A DNA stretch of 64,000 bases. Source: Escherichia phage 121Q. The notes under the pieces were generated by a model. That model did not search any database and was not told the origin of the DNA. It saw nothing but the letters and a program-made list of their open reading frames with translations. A program made the position numbers and the translations under genes. Positions 38,896 through 48,390 of this stretch are shown one piece after another (the stretch's first letter is position 1; each line of letters opens with the position of its first letter). The stretch lies in sequence record NC_025447.1; one strand, given 5' to 3'.

Positions 38896-39624
38896 ATGCT
38901 TGACCGTATCCGTTTCGCTACAGAGATGGCGAATGAATTAAACATGGCAAATTTCCAAATGTTAACATCAGTAATGGCTGAACATGCATGTGCTTATTCT
39001 GTAAGTGGTGTGCAGTGTGGTCAGGAGAATATGTTAGCAGATGTTTATAGTGAAGTACAAAGTAAGCAATATAGTGTAAAGACATATAAGGATAAGTTTG
39101 TTAGTCTTTATATGAACGAAGATATTGCCGAAGACCGCAAATTCACTGATTTTATTATTGAACGCCGAGTATCAGGTGTATCTAATCCTAATGCATCAAG
39201 CGATGAAGTTTTTGCAGAAGTACTGAAAGATATATACGAAAATGAATTAAAAAGTAAGAATCATTACAATGTACGTGAAACTAACACAGTGCTCTTGGGA
39301 TATGATGAAGACGAAGAATACTATTATTTTCGTATGACTGAAGTTCCTTTTGAATACAAATCTCCATATACAACTACAGTGAAAGAATTTACTGAAAAAA
39401 GTAAAAACTTTATGAAGCATGAAGGAAATCGTTGTAGTATAAATGGTTATGACGAAAATGGCATTCACATTTATGAATGGGTTCACCCAAATTGTCAGAC
39501 ATACACTCGTTGCTTGAAAAAACGTTATAATTTAGAAGAGCATGAATCATTCTATTTTAAAGTTAAGAAGCAAGGTTATACTCGCCCCGCCGATTCTGAA
39601 TTGATGGGTATGATATATTTCTAA
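38896..39624 (+). CDS. hypothetical protein
   Basis: AAGGAG 7 nt upstream of ATG at 38896; 242 aa. Confidence 0.55.
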   Translation: MLDRIRFATEMANELNMANFQMLTSVMAEHACAYSVSGVQCGQENMLADVYSEVQSKQYSVKTYKDKFVSLYMNEDIAEDRKFTDFIIERRVSGVSNPNASSDEVFAEVLKDIYENELKSKNHYNVRETNTVLLGYDEDEEYYYFRMTEVPFEYKSPYTTTVKEFTEKSKNFMKHEGNRCSINGYDENGIHIYEWVHPNCQTYTRCLKKRYNLEEHESFYFKVKKQGYTRPADSELMGMIYF

Positions 39625-39634
39625 GGAAACTGCT

Positions 39635-39916
39635 ATGGATTTTTATCTACACACATGGACATACGAACAATATATTACATTATATCTTGAAATTATTAAC
39701 ACAGAACCTAGGTGTGGTTGTTGGTTCGCAGATATCATAAAAGAGTATGCGGACGAATTTGAGTTCGTGTATCTTGGTACTGATATATTTGTAAAAAGTG
39801 TAGGTAAAACCGGACGAATCACTGATATAGATTACGACACTGTTAGTGTGAATTTCTATGTTGATTTTCCTGATGCTGGCGTTGATGGTGTATATTGTCT
39901 TTATGAAATAATTTAA
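39635..39916 (+). CDS. hypothetical small protein
   Basis: 93 aa ORF; minus-strand ORF 39680-39958 judged a shadow. Confidence 0.45.
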   Translation: MDFYLHTWTYEQYITLYLEIINTEPRCGCWFADIIKEYADEFEFVYLGTDIFVKSVGKTGRITDIDYDTVSVNFYVDFPDAGVDGVYCLYEII

Positions 39917-39923
39917 ATTTTTA

Positions 39924-39947
39924 GGCCAGCGTTTGCTGGTCTTTTTT
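39924..39947 (+). terminator. rho-independent terminator
   Basis: CCAGC-gttt-GCTGG hairpin followed by TCTTTTTT. Confidence 0.55.
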
Positions 39948-39960
39948 CGCAGGTACAAAG

Positions 39961-40263
39961 ATGTTCAGTATAGATTTAATTAACAGTACTATCAAAATGT
40001 TGGCAGATTTGGTGAGACAATCCAATGGAACTTTATATTCTGCAATGTATAAAATGTTTGACCGATATATCAAGGATTGTAACATATCATTATATGGACT
40101 TGCTGTTGATATAGACGATTACTATGGAATTAATACTTCATATAAAACAGGAATTTTAATTGGTATTAATATAAAGATGGGGTATCTCCCTTATTACTGT
40201 ATAGGATTACCAGATAATACTTTGGTAGAATATCCAGCCAGTACTATTAAATTAAGAGGATAA
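39961..40263 (+). CDS. hypothetical small protein
   Basis: 100 aa ORF after terminator. Confidence 0.45.
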   Translation: MFSIDLINSTIKMLADLVRQSNGTLYSAMYKMFDRYIKDCNISLYGLAVDIDDYYGINTSYKTGILIGINIKMGYLPYYCIGLPDNTLVEYPASTIKLRG

Positions 40264-40270
40264 AACTAAA

Positions 40271-40849
40271 ATGAATGTATTAGAATTAAGTACTAAGCTG
40301 ATTACTATGCGTAACGAGTGGTACGATTGGTTTTATAATGGTACTGATATGGATTTTTCAAAATATCCATTTATGGAATCAGGATGTGATGCAAGATACC
40401 GCTGGTTGAGCAAAGATTGTTCTGGTTTACATATTCTAGTTGACGATAGTGGTCAGGGAATTATAAAAGATTTACTTCAAGTTGAACAACTCGTCCATGA
40501 TAATTGGTGTGATAACGATCCATACCTTGGAAATATGATTTATGTAAGTGAAGATGATTGCATATTCGTTATCCAGCGTCATGGTAATTCTATGTTTTAT
40601 GTAGCAGACAGCAGTACTCCAGAAGGTGCAGCAGCCGATGGTCTTATGCCTAAGATTGATATATTGGAATTTGGATTACCTGAGCACTTCCAGATTAGTA
40701 CTTTATACGATATTCCACCACTTGAGTTCTTTGAAGAATTTAAATTGTACTACAATGATCTTCAAAAATTGAGTACTGAGAGTCGCCTTGAAATAACCGT
40801 CAAGTACATGGACGGAACGAAATTAACCGATACGGGGATAGAATTTTGA
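40271..40849 (+). CDS. FQxS-core family protein
   Basis: core LPEHFQISTLYD. Confidence 0.55.
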   Translation: MNVLELSTKLITMRNEWYDWFYNGTDMDFSKYPFMESGCDARYRWLSKDCSGLHILVDDSGQGIIKDLLQVEQLVHDNWCDNDPYLGNMIYVSEDDCIFVIQRHGNSMFYVADSSTPEGAAADGLMPKIDILEFGLPEHFQISTLYDIPPLEFFEEFKLYYNDLQKLSTESRLEITVKYMDGTKLTDTGIEF

Positions 40850-41535
40850 TTAAAGATTTAGATAGAATTTTATATGTACTAAGGGGTGTAATTACATTAC
40901 ATCCACAAATCAATCGAATTGAAAGTACATTTCAGTTGGAGTCAAGAGAAACTCCATATTCACATATATCAAATGTAGTTGGTTCACTCAGTACTGAAGA
41001 CTCGTCTTACGATATTTGTGTATGTGAAGTACAACCAAGTTCGGATCTTGGATTTGCTATTTTTGATAAAGAACAAAATCTCATTAGTATGTTTCAGTGC
41101 AATAATCCTTTTTGGAAAACATGCCTGTATCCAGAGTGGGCTATGCTTGATCCAACCAAGAGTACCATTAAAGTTTATGACTCTAAAAATGATGAAGTCG
41201 TTATTGATTTGGATGAGTCAATGTCAGAGGAAGAACACTTTCAGCTAATGATGATGCGTGCTATGCCTGAGTACAATGCAATGATTAACACTGTGCAATA
41301 CATTAAGGATACTATGCCATCATTGCGTACACATGAGTTTTGTCATCCTGTATTGTATGAACATTTGGATTTAGATTTCAGTACTATTAAATTCAAAGAT
41401 AGTATTATAAAATATATTCAAGAAAATGTTAAATTTAATTTCATTAGTACTATGAACAATAATCCAAAAACGAATTTTAGGCATCAGTACAATGAATCTT
41501 TTTCTAATGGTCGTGATACCAGTTGGTGGAAATAA
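40846..41535 (+). CDS. FQxS-core family protein
   Basis: core SEEEHFQLMMMRA. Confidence 0.55.
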   Translation: MIKDLDRILYVLRGVITLHPQINRIESTFQLESRETPYSHISNVVGSLSTEDSSYDICVCEVQPSSDLGFAIFDKEQNLISMFQCNNPFWKTCLYPEWAMLDPTKSTIKVYDSKNDEVVIDLDESMSEEEHFQLMMMRAMPEYNAMINTVQYIKDTMPSLRTHEFCHPVLYEHLDLDFSTIKFKDSIIKYIQENVKFNFISTMNNNPKTNFRHQYNESFSNGRDTSWWK

Positions 41536-41536
41536 T

Positions 41537-41800
41537 ATGAATATCCAAGATAGATTACAATTACTGTACACTATTGAACAGGCTGCTTTTGAACTTGTTC
41601 GAAAAATATCAGATGAACTACCTAAAGGAACTAAAGTTCGTGTACGTGAGATGAATTATTTTTCTGGAGTAATTGAAGAACAAGTACTAACAGTGAATAA
41701 AGTAACATACTATGAATCTGAGTTGTCTATTCAGTGTGAATCGGATGATGGATTAATATCATATTATGGAACTGATGTAGATATAGAGGTAATAAAATGA
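41537..41800 (+). CDS. KYxG-V family small protein
   Basis: ATG at 41537; ELPKGTKVRVRE motif. Confidence 0.45.
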   Translation: MNIQDRLQLLYTIEQAAFELVRKISDELPKGTKVRVREMNYFSGVIEEQVLTVNKVTYYESELSIQCESDDGLISYYGTDVDIEVIK

Positions 41801-42939
41801 CCCTTTTACAAATATATGAAGATTTAATGCACTTATGTAATACAAACGATGCGTTTTTTTATGTGGATCATAAAAGTCCTGCTGGTGGTACGTATCGTGT
41901 ATTCAGTTATCGTCTAGCATCATACACTGATTTCATGCAACCAAATGCGTTGGAAACCCGTGGCTCTATGTGGGAAATTGATGAAGAAGGTGACATGATA
42001 CGTTGTGCAGCACGTACAATGAAAAAGTTCTTCAATGCTTACGAGAATCCTGCTACAATGTTCCCTGCTAACACCACATGCGATGACATTGCGGTAGTTA
42101 TGCCTAAGTTGGATGGTTCGATCATCAGTACTTATCGTGATAATGATGGTGAGATTCGTTGTAAATCACATACTGCATTGTATTCTGACCATGCGATTAA
42201 CAGTACTCGACTTATTAACGAGAACCAGAATTTGTATCAGTACATCGACGAAGCGGAACGTTTAGGTTACACAGTTAATATGGAGTATACAAGCCCAGAG
42301 TACCGAATTGTATTACCATATCAGGTAGAACAACTGTTTGTACTGAACGTTCGACATCGTGTGAGTGGTGAGTTGCTATGTGGTAAAGCACTACGTGATA
42401 AGTTTCCATGCCTTGCACAGTACAGTACTAATATGACCGGAAAAGATATTCATCACACTTTTCCGGTACGAAATACCTTCCGTGAAAGCGTGGAGGAAGT
42501 TCATAAAATGCTTGATATTGAGGGTTTTGTGTGCATCCTAAATAATGGGACAATGTGTAAAATAAAGACTGACTGGTACAGTTCATTACATCTTACAAAA
42601 GATAGTATTATTATTGATTCTCATTTATATGAAGCCGTATTAAATGGTTCAAGTGATGATTTAAAACAATTGTTCAGTACTGATGAATATGCTATGCAAA
42701 AGATATTAAGAATGGAACAATTGGTATTTTCGTGCTATAATGCATTACAAGATGAAGTAGAAAGCTTCGTCAAGGAACACAAGCACTTGGAGCGAAAGGA
42801 ATTCGCAATGAAGGTTCAGGAGTGTTTAACTAATGAACTGAATCGTCAGGGCTTGGCCTTTGCAATGTATAACAATAAGAAAGTTGATTACAAAGAGACT
42901 CTTATAAAATACATGAAAATTGTACTAAAGGATTTTTAG
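41797..42939 (+). CDS. rnlA: RNA ligase 1 (T4 Rnl1-type tRNA repair ligase)
   Basis: N-terminal FFY.D....GGTYRVFSY..ASY, ALE.RG, KFFN..ENP and nucleotidyltransferase KxDGS motif (PKLDGS), all as in T4 Rnl1. Confidence 0.85.
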   Translation: MTLLQIYEDLMHLCNTNDAFFYVDHKSPAGGTYRVFSYRLASYTDFMQPNALETRGSMWEIDEEGDMIRCAARTMKKFFNAYENPATMFPANTTCDDIAVVMPKLDGSIISTYRDNDGEIRCKSHTALYSDHAINSTRLINENQNLYQYIDEAERLGYTVNMEYTSPEYRIVLPYQVEQLFVLNVRHRVSGELLCGKALRDKFPCLAQYSTNMTGKDIHHTFPVRNTFRESVEEVHKMLDIEGFVCILNNGTMCKIKTDWYSSLHLTKDSIIIDSHLYEAVLNGSSDDLKQLFSTDEYAMQKILRMEQLVFSCYNALQDEVESFVKEHKHLERKEFAMKVQECLTNELNRQGLAFAMYNNKKVDYKETLIKYMKIVLKDF

Positions 42940-42966
42940 TACTATCTAGCCTAAGCACAAGGAGAA

Positions 42967-43224
42967 GTGATGGCTAAACCTAAGTATAAAAATGACGGTT
43001 CCCTTTCTCCGACTGAGTTCAGGAAAATACAAGAAGAAATCGATGAATTACAGCACAAACGCTCAATGAAAGGTGTGAAGATAAGTAAGAAACGAATCGA
43101 GAATACCTTCGGATGTAGTAGTACTGAATACAAGAAGAAAAGGAAACCAAAAGGTGTTAAGCCGAGAATACATGATGTAACTCGCTATACATCGAAACGT
43201 GAAAATAAATTTGATCCACTATAA
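42967..43224 (+). CDS. small highly basic protein
   Basis: 85 aa rich in K/R (KKKRKPKGVKPR); minus-strand ORF 42951-43133 judged a shadow. Confidence 0.45.
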   Translation: MMAKPKYKNDGSLSPTEFRKIQEEIDELQHKRSMKGVKISKKRIENTFGCSSTEYKKKRKPKGVKPRIHDVTRYTSKRENKFDPL

Positions 43225-43233
43225 GGAGTTCAT

Positions 43234-43464
43234 ATGAAAGTTGAAGTTCAGCATAGTATTGTTCAGGATATGTCAGTAGTTAAATTTCTTTCTCTGAAAG
43301 ATTACTTCAGATGTATCAAGTTCCTAGAAGAATCTCAATTACAGTGGACCCCATTAAAGTACAGTTCATCCAATGATACAGCTAGTATTCGTTGTGATGA
43401 ATCTGTACTTGTGAAAATCTCCAAACGATTTGGAGTAGGAAAAGTTAATGAGCACAGTAAGTGA
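43234..43464 (+). CDS. hypothetical small protein
   Basis: 76 aa ORF; GGAG RBS. Confidence 0.45.
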   Translation: MKVEVQHSIVQDMSVVKFLSLKDYFRCIKFLEESQLQWTPLKYSSSNDTASIRCDESVLVKISKRFGVGKVNEHSK

Positions 43465-43702
43465 CCTAAAATACTACAACAAAACTGCGGATACGTTTAT
43501 TACTCATTTATATGAAGAATTTAGTCGTATCCGTAAGGAATATACAGGTAAATGTATTTTATATAGTTCTTATCATAGTGGTGGAATTGAAAGTGCTTAC
43601 ATTACTAAAGTGAAGTTTTCTGATGACTATCAATTACTCTTTGAATTAGATGATTGTTTCGTTATTGAAGCTTGTTTGATAGTGGATGTTCTAGATAATT
43701 GA
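43448..43702 (+). CDS. hypothetical small protein
   Basis: 84 aa ORF. Confidence 0.4.
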   Translation: MSTVSDLKYYNKTADTFITHLYEEFSRIRKEYTGKCILYSSYHSGGIESAYITKVKFSDDYQLLFELDDCFVIEACLIVDVLDN

Positions 43703-43708
43703 GGACAT

Positions 43709-44023
43709 ATGAATAAAGAACTTGCATTTGAGAGGATCGAAAAGTTAAAGTACATTGAAAAGGAACTAATAGAATCTGTCGAATCAATGGTCGAAGATTA
43801 CGTTTTCGATTTTAAGAAAACATTGATTGGATGTAAAGTTAAATGCTGGGATCATACAATCAGAGAATGGTTCAGTACTATAATTCTTGATGTTAAAGTA
43901 TCGCGTACTGCTATTGGTAATTTAGTAAATGGTGAATGCTTTGTATACACTGAATACAATAACGGAACAAGAAACCTTTCAAGAGGATGGCACAAACTCG
44001 AAGATGTAGAATTCATTGAGTAA
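43709..44023 (+). CDS. KYxG-V family small protein
   Basis: KKTLIGCKVKCWD motif. Confidence 0.45.
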   Translation: MNKELAFERIEKLKYIEKELIESVESMVEDYVFDFKKTLIGCKVKCWDHTIREWFSTIILDVKVSRTAIGNLVNGECFVYTEYNNGTRNLSRGWHKLEDVEFIE

Positions 44024-44035
44024 CAAGGAGTAATA

Positions 44036-44968
44036 ATGCCAACTATTACACTGACAGTTGGATTACCTGGGTGTGGCAAAACCACATGGGCAGTTCAAGA
44101 AATTAAAAATGCCAAATCGAAGACTATCAACATTAACCGTGATGACATTCGAGAATCAATGGCAGGGTCACATGATGCATACAAATTCAACGACGCTAAT
44201 GAGCAGTACGTAACTAAAATGCAGTTCAGTGCAGCAAATTCAGCAGCAGAGAATGGTTGGAACATCATTGTGTCCGATACGAACCTTAAACAACATTTCC
44301 GTGATGAATGGAAACGTTGGGCTAAAGATAATGAATACGACTACAAAGAAAAGAACTTCTACGAAGATTTCGTACCTAATGAAGATCGTGGTGCAGATGT
44401 TCATGTTTTCTTTAAGATTAAAGAGTTCGTAAAACTTTGTAAGAAACGTAACCTCATGCGTGAGCGTTCAGTACAAGATAATATCATCGACACTATGGCA
44501 GATACGTACTATTATAGTAAGGCCATGCACATTGGTTACTATGGTAATTCACGAGAAGCTGCTGTTATCGTTGATATTGACGGTACTCTTGCTCATAAAT
44601 GGGGTCGCAATCCTTACGATGAAAGTACTGTTCTTCAGGATACACCAGATGAAGAAGTTATTTTGTCTATTATCGCTGAAGCAGTTTTTCATAAACGCAA
44701 GATTATCGTCATGAGTGGGCGTACTGAAGGGTGTCGTGCTGATACCGAACAGTGGCTTAAGAATTGGGGTATTCCTTACGATGCATTGTTTATGCGAGAC
44801 ATAGATGATAAACGTCCCGATGATGTTGTAAAATTCGACCTGTACATGAAAAATGTGGTTGATCATTACGATGTTAAAAAGGTTTATGATGACCGCGATC
44901 AAGTTGTATTCATGTGGCGTAAGCTACTTGGCTTGAAAGTAATGCAAGTTGCAGAAGGAAATTTCTAA
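44036..44968 (+). CDS. pseT: polynucleotide 5'-kinase / 3'-phosphatase
   Basis: N-terminal Walker A GLPGCGKTTW plus NINRDD; C-terminal HAD phosphatase motif VIVDIDGTLA and DDRDQVV; T4 Pnk-like. Confidence 0.85.
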   Translation: MPTITLTVGLPGCGKTTWAVQEIKNAKSKTININRDDIRESMAGSHDAYKFNDANEQYVTKMQFSAANSAAENGWNIIVSDTNLKQHFRDEWKRWAKDNEYDYKEKNFYEDFVPNEDRGADVHVFFKIKEFVKLCKKRNLMRERSVQDNIIDTMADTYYYSKAMHIGYYGNSREAAVIVDIDGTLAHKWGRNPYDESTVLQDTPDEEVILSIIAEAVFHKRKIIVMSGRTEGCRADTEQWLKNWGIPYDALFMRDIDDKRPDDVVKFDLYMKNVVDHYDVKKVYDDRDQVVFMWRKLLGLKVMQVAEGNF

Positions 44969-44972
44969 TACA

Positions 44973-44999
44973 AAAGGGATCATATGTTGGTCCCTTTTT
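44973..44999 (+). terminator. rho-independent terminator (weak stem)
   Basis: AGGGA...TCCCT hairpin followed by TTTTTC. Confidence 0.45.
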
Positions 45000-45017
45000 C
45001 TTTTAAGGTATATTATA

Positions 45018-45194
45018 ATGAATGTAAAAACACAGATGTTGTTACAAAAAGAATACTTAGAAAATATAGAAATGTTCTATAGATTGTCTTTATACGAAAA
45101 TAAAGATAAAAAATATAACTTTTCTAAACAACTAAACACAAGTACTAATGATTATCTATTTTCATCAATGTTTTATGTGAGAGGTTTATTATAA
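45018..45194 (+). CDS. hypothetical small protein
   Basis: Internal ATG at 45018 of ORF 44949-45194, downstream of terminator; weak RBS. Confidence 0.3.
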   Translation: MNVKTQMLLQKEYLENIEMFYRLSLYENKDKKYNFSKQLNTSTNDYLFSSMFYVRGLL

Positions 45195-45454
45195 TGGATA
45201 AATTTCACACAGATATAACACAGATAGGTAATCTTATCAATAGTCTAATTACTGATTTAGAAGAAAAGTATTTAGGTCGAAATGTATACGTAGAAATGTA
45301 TGAAACATATGGTGTTATTGATATGATTTATTACAGTGCATTGAAGTGTGAAATACGTTTAACAGTATGTTTGTTTGAAAAAAATACATTCAACAGAAGT
45401 ACTGCAATTCGCCAAGTTGGAGTTGATGATATAGAATTATACGAGGAACAATGA
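45194..45454 (+). CDS. KYxG-V family small protein
   Basis: LEEKYLGRNVYVEMYETYG. Confidence 0.5.
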   Translation: MDKFHTDITQIGNLINSLITDLEEKYLGRNVYVEMYETYGVIDMIYYSALKCEIRLTVCLFEKNTFNRSTAIRQVGVDDIELYEEQ

Positions 45455-45705
45455 TGTTTGAGCAAGACTTAGAGATATTCAAAAGTCATATTGATTACTT
45501 GACTATATTAGAAAATGATTTAACTACAAAGTACAAAGGTATTCGTGTTCTGTGCTGGTATGATGATTGGGATTATAAACGTGAACTCACTATTGATCGA
45601 ATTTATTTCAGTGACGGTGTACTAAATGTACATGGTGTAAATGATTTTGGTCATTCATATACATATTCTAATAATGCTAAATTTAAAAGGATCTACAATG
45701 AATGA
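45451..45705 (+). CDS. KYxG-V family small protein
   Basis: LTTKYKGIRVLCWYD. Confidence 0.5.
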   Translation: MMFEQDLEIFKSHIDYLTILENDLTTKYKGIRVLCWYDDWDYKRELTIDRIYFSDGVLNVHGVNDFGHSYTYSNNAKFKRIYNE

Positions 45706-46000
45706 ATATTATCATAATTTATTCGATTACATAAAACTAATAGATGATCTTTCTTTCGAATTTCTTAGTACTGAAAAAGTTCTTGAACCTCTCTATTATG
45801 ATTGTATTAGTTCACTATCTTTAGATGAAAAAGAGATATTATCAAATAATTTACCGTCAACCGTCTGTGTAATCAATGGTTCCAAGGCTGTGGTGTCTGA
45901 GGTTAATTTTCATAAATCACTTAATACAATTGTTTACAAGTTCGATAACACTTGGATCAATCATGTAACCAGTAATATTAAATCTGTGAGATTTTTATGA
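45698..46000 (+). CDS. hypothetical small protein
   Basis: ATG at 45698 (MNEYYHN...) overlapping upstream stop. Confidence 0.45.
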   Translation: MNEYYHNLFDYIKLIDDLSFEFLSTEKVLEPLYYDCISSLSLDEKEILSNNLPSTVCVINGSKAVVSEVNFHKSLNTIVYKFDNTWINHVTSNIKSVRFL

Positions 46001-46293
46001 ATATAAAAAAATTATTTGAACAAGTAAATTTATTGTACTGGTGTTCAGACGGTTCAGATAAGGAATATAGTGAAGTTTATTTAGAACTGTTTAGAACTGA
46101 AATTCATTATATTCGAAGATACTTAATTGATAACAAAACTAAAGTACAAGTAAGATACCATAATGGTACTTTAAAGGATGGTATAATTATTGGATTGATA
46201 GTTGCACGATGGTCTAGTAATATTAAAGTTGCAGTAAGATTAATGACTGATGATGGTGTCTACACAATAGAAGCTAGTGAGATTATATATTAA
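45997..46293 (+). CDS. KYxG-V family small protein
   Basis: ATGA overlap start; DNKTKVQVRYHNG. Confidence 0.45.
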   Translation: MNIKKLFEQVNLLYWCSDGSDKEYSEVYLELFRTEIHYIRRYLIDNKTKVQVRYHNGTLKDGIIIGLIVARWSSNIKVAVRLMTDDGVYTIEASEIIY

Positions 46294-46599
46294 ATGGATA
46301 TACAAACATTCAATAAGCTAAAGTACTATGATAATGGTTTTGCATTAATAATTAACGAACTTGATGGGATACCATACGAATATCATAATCAATTAATGAA
46401 GATAGTAAAATGTATATGTGAAGAATTAAAAAGTATGTTTAAAAATGAATATGTTTATGATTTAGGTAATAGTAGCAAAAAACTATACATAAAAAAATTC
46501 TGGGGAACGCATTGTGGTTTAATGGTCGATTTAGGTTTAAGTTTAGACGATAATTCTGAATCATGTTCATTATATATAGATGAAATGCGAATATCATGA
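46294..46599 (+). CDS. hypothetical small protein
   Basis: 101 aa ORF starting immediately after upstream stop. Confidence 0.45.
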   Translation: MDIQTFNKLKYYDNGFALIINELDGIPYEYHNQLMKIVKCICEELKSMFKNEYVYDLGNSSKKLYIKKFWGTHCGLMVDLGLSLDDNSESCSLYIDEMRIS

Positions 46600-46656
46600 G
46601 ACGTATCAGAATTCGGTGATATAATTTGATTACATCACCAATGTGGAGAAGTTGAA

Positions 46657-46983
46657 GTGAATGGTTCGTTTTTAACAATTTTAGAAAAGACATCCGAGAT
46701 GCTTTCTAGTTCGTTAATGCACATTTTCAGTACTAATAATTTATACAATACCCAGGTGTTAGATTCAATTAGTAATAACTATGTGGTAAGTATATCTGAT
46801 GAAATATGTCCATTTAATGCGTATACGAATTATAGTGTAGAAGAGTTTCATATATCCGAGATTCGATGTGGTTTTGGTGCTTGGTTAGTTCTAAATGAAC
46901 GTTCAGGGACGTCTTTATACATCGAAGAAATTGATAAATTTATATACAAAGGAGTAGAATATGTTAACCCCAATCATTCTTAG
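46657..46983 (+). CDS. hypothetical protein
   Basis: 108 aa ORF downstream of GTGATATAAT -10 element near 46614; start codon uncertain. Confidence 0.4.
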   Translation: MNGSFLTILEKTSEMLSSSLMHIFSTNNLYNTQVLDSISNNYVVSISDEICPFNAYTNYSVEEFHISEIRCGFGAWLVLNERSGTSLYIEEIDKFIYKGVEYVNPNHS

Positions 46984-47590
46984 CAGTGCATATGTAATCG
47001 GTATTATTATTTCTGGTATGCTTGCATATAACTATAACAGAAGTGTTATAGGTTATGTAGTACTTGGTACAGTACTAAGTCCAGTGATTGCTATTGGTCT
47101 TCTTGTTATGCTAGGTGAGAAAAATACAAACTTCTTTATTACTAAAGAACTTGATAAAATCACCCCAGCACCAGAAACAGTTATTCCAGAAGTTAAAGAA
47201 GAAGTTAAAGAAGTTGAAGTGCAAATGCAAGTTAAAGTGTATAATACACTTGAAGAAACTGACCCTAAAGTTGTAGTGAATGTAGTTCCAGTCGTTGAAG
47301 ATGTGAAACCAAAAGCTCCTAAAGCACAGAAAAATACTAAAACTGCAAAGAAAGCTCGTTACACTAAAGGTAAGAACAAAGGTAAATCTAAGGATGAACC
47401 ACAACTAGGTGTTCATGACCATACTGCACAAATTGCAACGGCAGCGACCGCAGCAGCAATCGTAACATCACCAATCTACAACAATGATGATTACAGTGAT
47501 TATAGCCGTCACAGCAGTTCTTCCTCTGATTCTTGTTCCTATGATAGCTCTAGTTCTGATTCAAGTTCATCTTCTGGAAGTTGTGATTAA
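46961..47590 (+). CDS. membrane protein with Ser-rich low-complexity C-terminus
   Basis: AAAGGAG RBS; two hydrophobic segments near N-terminus; C-terminal SSSSSDSCSYDSSSSDSSSSSGSCD. Confidence 0.55.
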   Translation: MLTPIILSSAYVIGIIISGMLAYNYNRSVIGYVVLGTVLSPVIAIGLLVMLGEKNTNFFITKELDKITPAPETVIPEVKEEVKEVEVQMQVKVYNTLEETDPKVVVNVVPVVEDVKPKAPKAQKNTKTAKKARYTKGKNKGKSKDEPQLGVHDHTAQIATAATAAAIVTSPIYNNDDYSDYSRHSSSSSDSCSYDSSSSDSSSSSGSCD

Positions 47591-47919
47591 TGTCAATGAA
47601 ACCACTAATTCAACATAATATTTTTTATAGGTCATTATTCAAAATTCAAGATGATTTTTATCAGACGTTGAGTAATGATCTTATAGGTAAAACTGTACGA
47701 TATTCGGAACAATACATCAAACGTATGACAAGTCAGTATATTGACCCTGAATACGAATACGACATTGAACACATTAATCCCAATACTAGAATGAAAATCA
47801 TTGAGATATTTAAGAATGGGAGAACTATAGGTGCTGAAATTGAGTACTTGAATTGTGATTGTTACATAGATACAGAGTTGAGTTTGGATTATCTTGTTTT
47901 AGTGGATGATGAGGAATAA
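47590..47919 (+). CDS. KYxG-V family small protein
   Basis: NDLIGKTVRYSEQY. Confidence 0.5.
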   Translation: MSMKPLIQHNIFYRSLFKIQDDFYQTLSNDLIGKTVRYSEQYIKRMTSQYIDPEYEYDIEHINPNTRMKIIEIFKNGRTIGAEIEYLNCDCYIDTELSLDYLVLVDDEE

Positions 47920-47921
47920 TT

Positions 47922-48137
47922 ATGATAACATTTTTCGCAATATATGGATTTGTAGCATTTGTTACATTTATAACCAACTTTCTAGTACTTAATTGGGGTT
48001 GTTTTAAAGATGAAATCATGATTATCATGAATCTCCAAACAGCAGCACTGATGGCTATTATTTGGCCTGTAACGTTAGTATATATTTTTATTTCACTTAC
48101 CCAAGATATTATTAACAAATATAAGAGAAAGAAATAA
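47922..48137 (+). CDS. small membrane protein
   Basis: 71 aa with two hydrophobic stretches; C-terminal KYKRKK. Confidence 0.5.
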   Translation: MITFFAIYGFVAFVTFITNFLVLNWGCFKDEIMIIMNLQTAALMAIIWPVTLVYIFISLTQDIINKYKRKK

Positions 48138-48388
48138 TGTTCAACAACGACTTATCACATTTGCGATATCTTATGTCTTTGGCTGATGATTTTATAAATG
48201 ATCTGAAGCCAAAATATATTGGTCAAGAAGTACGATTAATAAACTCCAGAGGGTATGGAAAATATATTATTACTGATATGTATATTAGTGGTGGTGAATG
48301 GCGTTTTAAAATTAATACTTATCTTAAAGATGGTTCTTTTGCTGGAACACAAGTTACTAAACACACTAATATTATATGGTTGGAGTAA
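48137..48388 (+). CDS. KYxG-V family small protein
   Basis: LKPKYIGQEVRLIN. Confidence 0.5.
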   Translation: MFNNDLSHLRYLMSLADDFINDLKPKYIGQEVRLINSRGYGKYIITDMYISGGEWRFKINTYLKDGSFAGTQVTKHTNIIWLE

Positions 48389-48390
48389 TA

